Positions 11,901 to 25,300 of a stretch of DNA of 64,000 nt are shown one piece after another. The notes beneath the pieces were generated by a model. That model was given only the letters and a program-made list of their open reading frames with translations. It ran no database searches and had not been told where the DNA came from. How positions within the stretch are numbered: position 1 is the first letter of the stretch; each line of letters begins with the position of its first letter. Source of the DNA: Auanema rhodensis (Eukaryota > Animalia > Nematoda). A program made the translations under genes and the position numbers. The stretch lies in assembly GCA_964057225.1 (NCBI GenBank), contig OZ059896.1, positions 22,816,001-22,880,000 on the forward strand, given 5' to 3'.

Positions 11901-14900
11901 CCATATTAGTCTAAAAACAAATTTTTATTGATATTGGTTCATGTAACCATGACTTTGAAATTTACGTGAACTTTAATTTATGCTAATTAAATCTACACGT
12001 GATGTGCACTTGGTATGTAACTCGCTTCACGTGAAAAATAAAGAGATGCGGTTTTCAAAATTAGATTCCCCATGTCCATATTAGTCTAAAAACAAATTTT
12101 TATTGATATTGGTTCATGGTAACCATGACTTTGAAATTTACGTGAACTTTAATTTATGCTAATTAAATGTACACGTGATGTGCACTTGGTATGTAACTCG
12201 CTTCACGTGAAAGATAAAGAGATGCGGTTTTCAAAATTAGATTCCCCATGTCCATATTAGTCTAAAAACAAATTTTTATTGATATTGGTTCATGGTAACC
12301 ATGACTTTGAAATTTACGTGAACTTTAATTTATGCTAATTAAATGTACACGTGATGTGCACTTGGTATGTAACTCGCTTCACGTGAAAGATAAAGAGATG
12401 CGGTTTTCAAAATTAGATTCCCCATGTCCATATTAGTCTAAAAACAAATTTTTATTGATATTGGTTCATGTAACCATGACTTTGAAATTTACGTGAACTT
12501 TAATTTATGCTAATTAAATCTACACGTGATGTGCACTTGGTATGTAACTCGCTTCACTTGAAAGATAAAGAGATGCGGTTTTCAAAATTAGATTCCCCAT
12601 GTCCATATTAGTCTAAAAACAAATTTTTATTGATATTGGTTCATGGTAACCATGACTTTGAAATTTACGTGAACTTTAATTTATGCTAATTAAATGTACA
12701 CGTGATGTGCACTTGGTATGTAACTCGCTTCACGTGAAAGATAAAGAGATGCGGTTTTCAAAATTAGATTCCCCATGTCTATATTAGTCTAAAAACAAAT
12801 TTTTATTGATATTGGTTGATGGTAACCATGACTTTGAAATTTACGTGAACTTTAATTTATGCTAATTAAATGTACACGTGATGTGCACTTGGTATGTAAC
12901 TCGCTTCACGTGAAAAATAAAGAGATGCGGCTTTCAAAATTAGATTCCCCATGTCCATATTAGTCTAAAAACAAATTTTTATTAATATTGGTTCATGGTA
13001 ACCATGTCTTTGAAATTTACGTGAACTTTAATTTATGCTAATTAAATGTACACGTGATGTGCACTTGGTATGTAACTCGCTTCACGTGAAAGATAAAGAG
13101 ATGCGGTTTTCAAAATTAGATTCCCCATGTCCATATTGGTCTAAAAACAAATTTTTATTGATATTGGTTCATGGTAACCATGACTTTGAAATTTACGTGA
13201 ACTTTAATTTATGCTAATTAAATGTACACGTGATGTGCACTTGGTATGTAACTCGCTTCACGTGAAAGATAAAGAGATGCGGTTTTCAAAATTAGATTCC
13301 CCATGTCCATATTAGTCTAAAAACAAATTTTTATTGATATTGGTTCATGGTAACCATGTCTTTGAAATTTACGTGAACTTTAATTTATGCTACTTAAATG
13401 TACACGTGATGTGCACTTGGTATGTAACTCGCTTCACGTGAAAAATAAAGAGATGCGGTTTTCAAAATTAGATTCCCCATGTCCATATTAGTCTAAAAAC
13501 AAATTTTTATTAATATTGGTTCATGGTAACCATGTCTTTGAAATTTACGTGAACTTTAATTTATGCTAATTAAATGTACACGTGATGTGCACTTGGTATG
13601 TAACTCGCTTCACGTGAAAGATAAAGAGATGCGGTTTTCAAAATTAGATTCCCCATGTCCATATTAGTCTAAAAACAAATTTTTATTAATATTGGTTCAT
13701 GGTAACCATGTCTTTGAAATTTACGTGAACTTTAATTTATGCTAATTAAATGTACACGTGATGTGCACTTGGTATGTAACTCGCTTCACGTGAAAGATAA
13801 AGAGATGCGGTTTTCAAAATTAGATTCCCCATGTCCATATTAGTCTAAAAACAAATTTTTATTGATATTGGTTCATGGTAACCATGACTTTGAAATTTAC
13901 GTGAACTTTAATTTATGCTAATTAAATGTACACGTGATGTGCACTTGGTATGTAACTCGCTTCACGTGAAAGATAAAGAGATGCGGTTTTCAAAATTAGA
14001 TTCCCCATGTCCATATTAGTCTAAAAACAAATTTTTATTAATATTGGTTCATGGTAACCATGTCTTTGAAATTTACGTGAACTTTAATTTATGCTAATTA
14101 AATGTACACGTGATGTGCACTTGGTATGTAACTCGCTTCACGTGAAAGATAAAGAGATGCGGTTTTCAAAATTAGATTCCCCATGTCCATATTAGTCTAA
14201 AAACAAATTTTTATTAATATTGGTTCATGGTAACCATGTCTTTGAAATTTACGTGAACTTTAATTTATGCTAATTAAATGTACACGTGATGTGCACTTGG
14301 TATGTAACTCGCTTCACGTGAAAGATAAAGAGATGCGGTTTTCAAAATTAGATTCCCCATGTCCATATTAGTCTAAAAACAAATTTTTATTGATATTGGT
14401 TCATGGTAACCATGACTTTGAAATTTACGTGAACTTTAATTTATGCTAATTAAATGTACACGTGATGTGCACTTGGTATGTAACTCGCTTCACGTGAAAG
14501 ATAAAGAGATGCGGTTTTCAAAATTAGATTCCCCATGTCCATATTAGTCTAAAAACAAATTTTTATTGATATTGGTTCATGGTAACCATGTCTTTGAAAT
14601 TTACGTGAACTTTAATTTATGCTAATTAAATGTACACGTGATGTGCACTTGGTATGTAACTCGCTTCACGTGAAAAATAAAGAGATGCGGTTTTCAAAAT
14701 TAGATTCCCCATGTCCATATTAGTCTAAAAACAAATTTTTATTAATATTGGTTCATGGTAACCATGTCTTTGAAATTTACGTGAACTTTAATTTATGCTA
14801 ATTAAATGTACACGTGATGTGCACTTGGTATGTAACTCGCTTCACGTGAAAGATAAAGAGATGCGGTTTTCAAAATTAGATTCCCCATGTCCATATTAGT

Positions 14901-17900
14901 CTAAAAACAAATTTTTATAGATATTGGTTCATGGTAACCATGACTTTGAAATTTACGTGAACTTTAATTTATGCTAATTAAATGTACACGTGATGTGCAC
15001 TTGGTATGTAACTCGCTTCACGTGAAAGATAAAGAGATGCGGTTTTCAAAATTAGATTCCCCATGTCCATATTAGTCTAAAAACAAATTTTTATTGATAT
15101 TGGTTGATGGTAACCATGACTTTGAAATTTACGTGAACTTTAATTTATGCTAATTAAATGTACACGTGATGTGCACTTGGTATGTAACTCGCTTCACGTG
15201 AAAGATAAAGAGATGCGGTTTTCAAAATTAGATTCCCCATGTCCATATTAGTCTAAAAACAAATTTTTATTAATATTGGTTCATGGTAACCATGTCTTTG
15301 AAATTTACGTGAACTCTAATTTATGCTAATTAAATGTACACGTGATGTGCACTTGGTATGTAACTCGCTTCACGTGAAAGAGAAAGAGATGCGGTTTTCA
15401 AAATTAGATTCCCCATGTCCATATTAGTCTAAAAACAAATTTTTATTGATATTGGTGCATGGTAACCATGACTTTGAAATTTACGTGAACTTTAATTTAT
15501 GCTAATTAAATGTACACGTGATGTGCACTTGGTATGTAACTCGCTTCACGTGAAAGATAAAGAGATGCGGTTTTCAAAATTAGATTCCCCATGTCCATAT
15601 TAGTCTAAAAACAAATTTTTATTGATATTGGTTTATGGTAACCATGTCTTTGAAATTTACGTGAACTTTAATTTATGCTAATTAAATGTACACGTGATGT
15701 GCACTTGGTATGTAACTCGCTTCACGTGAAAGATAAAGAGATGCGGTTTTCAAAATTAGATTCCCCATGTCCATATTAGTCTAAAAACAAATTTTTATTA
15801 ATATTGGTTCATGGTAACCATGTCTTTGAAATTTACGTGAACTTTAATTTATGCTAATTAAATGTACACGTGATGTGCACTTGGTATGTAACTCGCTTCA
15901 CGTGAAAGATAAAGAGATGCGGTTTTCAAAATTAGATTCCCCATGTCCATATTAGTCTAAAAACAAATTTTTATTGATATTGGTTCATGGTAACCATGAC
16001 TTTGAAATTTACGTGAACTTTAATTTATGCTAATTAAATGTACACGTGATGTGCACTTGGTATGTAACTCGCTTCACGTGAAAGATAAAGAGATGCGGTT
16101 CTCAAAATTAGATTCCCCATGTCCATATTAGTCTAAAAACAAATTTTTATTGATATTGGTTGATGGTAACCATGACTTTGAAATTTACGTGAACTTTAAT
16201 TTATGCTAATTAAATGTACACGTGATGTGCACTTGGTATGTAACTCGCTTCACGTGAAAGATAAAGAGATGCGGTTTTCAAAATTAGATTCCCCATGTCC
16301 ATATTAGTCTAAAAACAAATTTTTATTAATATTGGTTCATGGTAACCATGTCTTTGAAATTTACGTGAACTTTAATTTATGCTAATTAAATGTACACGTG
16401 ATGTGCACTTGGTATGTAACTCGCTTCACGTGAAAGATAAAGAGATGCGGTTTTCAAAATTAGATTCCCCATGTCCATATTAGTCTAAAAACAAATTTTT
16501 ATTAATATTGGTTCATGGTAACCATGTCTTTGAAATTTACGTGAACTTTAATTTATGCTAATTAAATGTACACGTGATGTGCACTTGGTATGTAACTCGC
16601 TTCACGTGAAAGATAAAGAGATGCGGTTTTCAAAATTAGATTCCCCATGTCCATATTAGTCTAAAAACAAATTTCTATCGATATTGGTTTATGGTAACCA
16701 TGTCTTTGAAATTTACGTGAACTTTAATTTATGCTAATTAAATCTACACGTGATGTGCACTTGGTATGTAACTCGCTTCACGTGAAAAATAAAGAGATAC
16801 GGTTTTCAAAATTAGATTCCCCATGTCCATATTAGTCTAAAAACAAATTTTTATTAATATTGGTTCATGGTAACCATGTCTTTGAAATTTACGTGAACTT
16901 TAATTTATGCTAATTAAATGTACACGTGATGTGCACTTGGTATGTAACTCGCTTCACGTGAAAGATAAAGAGATGCGGTTTTCAAAATTAGATTCCCCAT
17001 GTCCATATTAGTCTAAAAACAAATTTTTATTGATATTGGTTCATGGTAACCATGACTTTGAAATTTACGTGAACTTTAATTTATGCTAATTAAATGTACA
17101 CGTGATGTGCACTTGGTATGTAACTCGCTTCACGTGAAAGATAAAGAGATGCGGTTTTCAAAATTAGATTCCCCATGTCCATATTAGTCTAAAAACAAAT
17201 TTTTATTGATATTGGTTCATGGTAACCATGACTTTGAAATTTACGTGAACTTTAATTTATGCTAATTAAATGTACACGTGATGTGCACTTGGTATGTAAC
17301 TCGCTTCACGTGAAAGATAAAGAGATGCGGTTTTCAAAATTAGATTCCCCATGTCCATATTAGTCTAAAAACAAATTTTTATTGATATTGGTTGATGGTA
17401 ACCATGACTTTGAAATTTACGTGAACTTTAATTTATGCTAATTAAATGTACACGTGATGTGCACTTGGTATGTAACTCGCTTCACGTGAAAGATAAAGAG
17501 ATGCGGTTTTCAAAATTAGATTCCCCATGTCCATATTAGTCTAAAAACAAATTTTTATTGATATTGGTTCATGGTAACCATGACTTTGAAATTTACGTGA
17601 ACTTTAATTTATGCTAATTAAATGTACACGTGATGTGCACTTGGTATGTAACTCGCTTCACGTGAAAGATAAAGAGATGCGGTTCTCAAAATTAGATTCC
17701 CCATGTCCATATTAGTCTAAAAACAAATTTTTATTGATATTGGTTGATGGTAACCATGACTTTGAAATTTACGTGAACTTTAATTTATGCTAATTAAATG
17801 TACACGTGATGTGCACTTGGTATGTAACTCGCTTCACGTGAAAGATAAAGAGATGCGGTTTTCAAAATTAGATTCCCCATGTCCATATTAGTCTAAAAAC

Positions 17901-19300
17901 AAATTTTTATTAATATTGGTTCATGGTAACCATGTCTTTGAAATTTACGTGAACTTTAATTTATGCTAATTAAATGTACACGTGATGTGCACTTGGTATG
18001 TAACTCGCTTCACGTGAAAGATAAAGAGATGCGGTTTTCAAAATTAGATTCCCCATGTCCATATTAGTCTAAAAACAAATTTTTATTAATATTGGTTCAT
18101 GGTAACCATGTCTTTGAAATTTACGTGAACTTTAATTTATGCTAATTAAATGTACACGTGATGTGCACTTGGTATGTAACTCGCTTCACGTGAAAGATAA
18201 AGAGATGCGGTTTTCAAAATTAGATTCCCCATGTCCATATTAGTCTAAAAACAAATTTTTATTGATATTGGTTCATGGTAACCATGACTTTGAAATTTAC
18301 GTGAACTTTAATTTATGCTAATTAAATCTACACGTGATGTGCACTTGGTATGTAACTCGCTTCACGTGAAAGATAAAGAGATGCGGTTTTCAAAATTAGA
18401 TTCCCCATGTCCATATTAGTCTAAAAACAAATTTTTATTGATATTGGTTCATGGTAACCATGACTTTGAAATTTACGTGAACTTTAATTTATGCTAATTA
18501 AATGTACACGTGATGTGCACTTGGTATGTAACTCGCTTCACGTGAAAGATAAAGAGATGCGGTTTTCAAAATTAGATTCCCCATGTCCATATTAGTCTAA
18601 AAACAAATTTTTATTGATATTGGTTCATGGTAACCATGACTTTGAAATTTACGTGAACTTTAATTTATGCTAATTAAATGTACACGTGATGTGCACTTGG
18701 TATGTAACTCGCTTCACGTGAAAGATAAAGAGATGCGGTTTTCAAAATTAGATTCCCCATGTCCATATTAGTCTAAAAACAAATTTCTATCGATATTGGT
18801 TTATGGTAACCATGTCTTTGAAATTTACGTGAACTTTAATTTATGCTAATTAAATCTACACGTGATGTGCACTTGGTATGTAACTCGCTTCACGTGAAAA
18901 ATAAAGAGATACGGTTTTCAAAATTAGATTCCCCATGTCCATATTAGTCTAAAAACAAATTTTTATTGATATTGGTTCATGGTAACCATGACTTTGAAAT
19001 TTACGTGAACTTTAATTTATGCTAATTAAATCTACACGTGATGTGCACTTGGTATGTAACTCGCTTCACGTGAAAGATAAAGAGATGCGGTTTTCAAAAT
19101 TAGATTCCCCATGTCCATATTAGTCTAAAAACAAATTTTTATTGATATTGGTTCATGGTAACCATGACTTTGAAATTTACGTGAACTTTAATTTATGCTA
19201 ATTAAATGTACACGTGATGTGCACTTGGTATGTAACTCGCTTCACGTGAAAGATAAAGAGATGCGGTTTTCAAAATTAGATTCCCCATGTCCATATTAGC

Positions 19301-22300
19301 CTAAAAACAAATTTTTATTGATATTGGTTGATGGTAACCATGACTTTGAAATTTACGTGAACTTTAATTTATGCTAATTAAATGTACACGTGATGTGCAC
19401 TTGGTATGTAACTCGCTTCACGTGAAAGATAAAGAGATGCGGTTTTCAAAATTAGATTCCCCATGTCCATATTAGTCTAAAAACAAATTTTTATTAATAT
19501 TGGTTCATGGTAACCATGTCTTTGAAATTTACGTGAACTTTAATTTATGCTAATTAAATGTACACGTGATGTGCACTTGGTATGTAACTCGCTTCACGTG
19601 AAAGATAAAGAGATGCGCTTTTCAAAATTAGATTCCCCATGTCCATATTAGTCTAAAAACAAATTTTTATTAATATTGGTTCATGGTAACCATGTCTTTG
19701 AAATTTACGTGAACTTTAATTTATGCTAATTAAATGTACACGTGATGTGCACTTGGTATGTAACTCGCTTCACGTGAAAGATAAAGAGATGCGGTTTTCA
19801 AAATTAGATTCCCCATGTCCATATTAGTCTAAAAACAAATTTTTATTGATATTGGTTCATGGTAACCATGACTTTGAAATTTACGTGAACTTTAATTTAT
19901 GCTAATTAAATGTACACGTGATGTGCACTTGGTATGTAACTCGCTTCACGTGAAAGATAAAGAGATGCGGTTTTCAAAATTAGATTCCCCATGTCCATAT
20001 TAGTCTAAAAACAAATTTTTATTGATATTGGTTGATGGTAACCATGACTTTGAAATTTACGTGAACTTTAATTTATGCTAATTAAATGTACACGTGATGT
20101 GCACTTGGTATGTAACTCGCTTCACGTGAAAGATAAAGAGATGCGGTTTTCAAAATTAGATTCCCCATGTCCATATTAGTTTAAAAACAAATTTTTATTA
20201 ATATTGGTTCATGGTAACCATGTCTTTGAAATTTACGTGAACTCTAATTTATGCTAATTAAATGTACACGTGATGTGCACTTGGTATGTAACTCGCTTCA
20301 CGTGAAAGAGAAAGAGATGCGGTTTTCAAAATTAGATTCCCCATGTCCATATTAGTCTAAAAACAAATTTTTATTGATATTGGTTCATGGTAACCATGAC
20401 TTTGAAATTTACGTGAACTTTAATTTATGCTAATTAAATTTACACGTGATGTGCACTTGGTATGTAACTCGCTTCACGTGGAAGATAAAGAGATGCGGTT
20501 TTCAAAATTAGATTCCCCATGTCCATATTAGTCTAAAAACAAATTTTTATTGATATTGGTTCATGGTAACCATGACTTTGAAATTTACGTGAACTTTAAT
20601 TTATGCTAATTAAATGTACACGTGATGTGCACTTGGTATGTAACTCGCTTCACGTGAAAGATAAAGAGAGGCGGTTTTCAAAATTAGATTCCCCATGTCC
20701 ATATTAGTCTAAAAACAAATTTTTATTAATATTGGTTCATGGTAACCATGTCTTTGAAATTTACGTGATCTTTAATTTATGCTAATTAAATGTACACGTG
20801 ATGTGCACTTGGTATGTAACTCGCTTCACGTGAAAGATAAAGAGATGCGGTTTTCAAAATTAGATTCCCCATATCCATATTAGTCTAGAAACAAATTTCT
20901 ATTGATATTGGTTTATGGTAACCATATCTTTGAAATTTACGTGAACTTTAATTTATGCTAATTAAATGTACACGTGATGTGCACTTGGTATGTAACTCGC
21001 TTCACGTGAAAGATAAAGAGATGCGGTTTTCAAAATTAGATTCCCCATGTCCATATTAGTCTAGAAACAAATTTCTATTGATATTGGTTTATGGTAACCA
21101 TATCTTTGAAATTTACGTGAACTTTAATTTATGCTAATTAAATGTACACGTGATGTGCACTTGGTATGTAACTCGCTTCACGTGAAAGATAAAGAGATGC
21201 GGTTTTCAAAATTAGATTCCCCATGTCCATATTAGTCTAAAAACAAATTTTTATTGATATTGGTTGATGGTAACCATGACTTTGAAATTTACGTGAACTT
21301 TAATTTATGCTAATTAAATGTACACGTGATGTGCACTTGGTATGTAACTCGCTTCACGTGAAAGATAAAGAGATGCGGTTTTCAAAATTAGATTCCCCAT
21401 GTCCATATTAGTCTAAAAACAAATTTTTATTAATATTGGTTCATGGTAACCATGTCTTTGAAATTTACGTGAACTTTAATTTATGCTAATTAAATGTACA
21501 CGTGATGTGCACTTGGTATGTAACTCGCTTCACGTGAAAGATAAAGAGATGCGGTTTTCAAAATTAGATTCCCCATGTCCATATTAGTCTAAAAACAAAT
21601 TTTTATTGATATTGGTTCATGGTAACCATGACTTTGAAATTTACGTGAACTTTAATTTATGCTAATTAAATGTACACGTGATGTGCACTTGGTATGTAAC
21701 TCGCTTCACGTGAAAGATAAAGAGATGCGGTTTTCAAAATTAGATTCCCCATGTCCATATTAGTCTAAAAACAAATTTTTATTGATATTGGTTCATGGTA
21801 ACCATGACTTTGAAATTTACGTGAACTTTAATTTATGCTAATTAAATGTACACGTGATGTGCACTTGGTATGTAACTCGCTTCACGTGAAAGATAAAGAG
21901 ATGCGGTTTTCAAAATTAGATTCCCCATGTCCATATTAGTCTAAAAACAAATTTTTATTGATATTGGTTCATGGTAACCATGACTTTGAAATTTACGTGA
22001 ACTTTAATTTATGCTAATTAAATGTACACGTGATGTGCACTTGGTATGTAACTCGCTTCACGTGAAAGATAAAGAGATGCGGTTTTCAAAATTAGATTCC
22101 CCATGTCCATATTAGTCTAAAAACAAATTTCTATCGATATTGGTTTATGGTAACCATGTCTTTGAAATTTACGTGAACTTTAATTTATGCTAATTAAATC
22201 TACACGTGATGTGCACTTGGTATGTAACTCGCTTCACGTGAAAAATAAAGAGATACGGTTTTCAAAATTAGATTCCCCATGTCCATATTAGTCTAAAAAC

Positions 22301-25300
22301 AAATTTTTATTGATATTGGTTCATGGTAACCATGACTTTGAAATTTACGTGAACTTTAATTTATGCTAATTAAATCTACACGTGATGTGCACTTGGTATG
22401 TAACTCGCTTCACGTGAAAGATAAAGAGATGCGGTTTTCAAAATTAGATTCCCCATGTCCATATTAGTCTAAAAACAAATTTTTATTGATATTGGTTCAT
22501 GGTAACCATGACTTTGAAATTTACGTGAACTTTAATTTATGCTAATTAAATGTACACGTGATGTGCACTTGGTATGTAACTCGCTTCACGTGAAAGATAA
22601 AGAGATGCGGTTTTCAAAATTAGATTCCCCATGTCCATATTAGCCTAAAAACAAATTTTTATTGATATTGGTTGATGGTAACCATGACTTTGAAATTTAC
22701 GTGAACTTTAATTTATGCTAATTAAATGTACACGTGATGTGCACTTGGTATGTAACTCGCTTCACGTGAAAGATAAAGAGATGCGGTTTTCAAAATTAGA
22801 TTCCCCATGTCCATATTAGTCTAAAAACAAATTTTTATTAATATTGGTTCATGGTAACCATGTCTTTGAAATTTACGTGAACTTTAATTTATGCTAATTA
22901 AATGTACACGTGATGTGCACTTGGTATGTAACTCGCTTCACGTGAAAGATAAAGAGATGCGCTTTTCAAAATTAGATTCCCCATGTCCATATTAGTCTAA
23001 AAACAAATTTTTATTAATATTGGTTCATGGTAACCATGACTTTGAAATTTACGTGAACTTTAATTTATGCTAATTAAATGTACACGTGATGTGCACTTGG
23101 TATGTAACTCGCTTCACGTGAAAGATGAAGAGATGCGGTTTTCAAAATTAGATTCCCCATGTCCATATTAGTCTAAAAACAAATTTTTATTGATATTGGT
23201 TGATGGTAACCATGACTTTGAAATTTACGTGAACTTTAATTTATGCTAATTAAATGTACACGTGATGTGCACTTGGTATGTAACTCGCTTCACGTGAAAG
23301 ATAAAGAGATGCGGTTTTCAAAATTAGATTCCCCATGTCCATATTAGTTTAAAAACAAATTTTTATTAATATTGGTTCATGGTAACCATGTCTTTGAAAT
23401 TTACGTGAACTCTAATTTATGCTAATTAAATGTACACGTGATGTGCACTTGGTATGTAACTCGCTTCACGTGAAAGAGAAAGAGATGCGGTTTTCAAAAT
23501 TAGATTCCCCATGTCCATATTAGTCTAAAAACAAATTTTTATTGATATTGGTTCATGGTAACCATGACTTTGAAATTTACGTGAACTTTAATTTATGCTA
23601 ATTAAATTTACACGTGATGTGCACTTGGTATGTAACTCGCTTCACGTGAAAGATAAAGAGATGCGGTTTTCAAAATTAGATTCCCCATGTCCATATTAGT
23701 CTAAAAACAAATTTTTATTGATATTGGTTCATGGTAACCATGACTTTGAAATTTACGTGAACTTTAATTTATGCTAATTAAATGTACACGTGATGTGCAC
23801 TTGGTATGTAACTCGCTTCACGTGAAAGATAAAGAGAGGCGGTTTTCAAAATTAGATTCCCCATGTCCATATTAGTCTAAAAACAAATTTTTATTAATAT
23901 TGGTTCATGGTAACCATGTCTTTGAAATTTACGTGATCTTTAATTTATGCTAATTAAATGTACACGTGATGTGCACTTGGTATGTAACTCGCTTCACGTG
24001 AAAGATAAAGAGATGCGGTTTTCAAAATTAGATTCCCCATATCCATATTAGTCTAGAAACAAATTTCTATTGATATTGGTTTATGGTAACCATATCTTTG
24101 AAATTTACGTGAACTTTAATTTATGCTAATTAAATGTACACGTGATGTGCACTTGGTATGTAACTCGCTTCACGTGAAAGATAAAGAGATGCGGTTTTCA
24201 AAATTAGATTCCCCATGTCCATATTAGTCTAGAAACAAATTTCTATTGATATTGGTTTATGGTAACCATATCTTTGAAATTTACGTGAACTTTAATTTAT
24301 GCTAATTAAATGTACACGTGATGTGCACTTGGTATGTAACTCGCTTCACGTGAAAGATAAAGAGATGCGGTTTTCAAAATTAGATTCCCCATGTCCATAT
24401 TAGTCTAAAAACAAATTTTTATTGATATTGGTTGATGGTAACCATGACTTTGAAATTTACGTGAACTTTAATTTATGCTAATTAAATGTACACGTGATGT
24501 GCACTTGGTATGTAACTCGCTTCACGTGAAAGATAAAGAGATGCGGTTTTCAAAATTAGATTCCCCATGTCCATATTAGTCTAAAAACAAATTTTTATTA
24601 ATATTGGTTCATGGTAACCATGTCTTTGAAATTTACGTGAACTTTAATTTATGCTAATTAAATGTACACGTGATGTGCACTTGGTATGTAACTCGCTTCA
24701 CGTGAAAGATAAAGAGATGCGCTTTTCAAAATTAGATTCCCCATGTCCATATTAGTCTAAAAACAAATTTTTATTAATATTGGTTCATGGTAACCATGTC
24801 TTTGAAATTTACGTGAACTTTAATTTATGCTAATTAAATGTACACGTGATGTGCACTTGGTATGTAACTCGCTTCACGTGAAAGATAAAGAGATGCGGTT
24901 TTCAAAATTAGATTCCCCATGTCCATATTAGTCTAAAAACAAATTTTTATTGATATTGGTTCATGGTAACCATGACTTTGAAATTTACGTGAACTTTAAT
25001 TTATGCTAATTAAATGTACACGTGATGTGCACTTGGTATGTAACTCGCTTCACGTGAAAGATAAAGAGATGCGGTTTTCAAAATTAGATTCCCCATGTCC
25101 ATATTAGTCTAAAAACAAATTTTTATTGATATTGGTTGATGGTAACCATGACTTTGAAATTTACGTGAACTTTAATTTATGCTAATTAAATGTACACGTG
25201 ATGTGCACTTGGTATGTAACTCGCTTCACGTGAAAGATAAAGAGATGCGGTTTTCAAAATTAGATTCCCCATGTCCATATTAGTTTAAAAACAAATTTTT

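Noticed and set aside
13035-13217. 60-aa ORF MLIKCTRDVH...
   Set aside because: Every full-length monomer has this ATG frame, normally ending at TAG (monomer 131-133). Here a single TAG>TGG change at 13138 reads through. No evidence of a gene.
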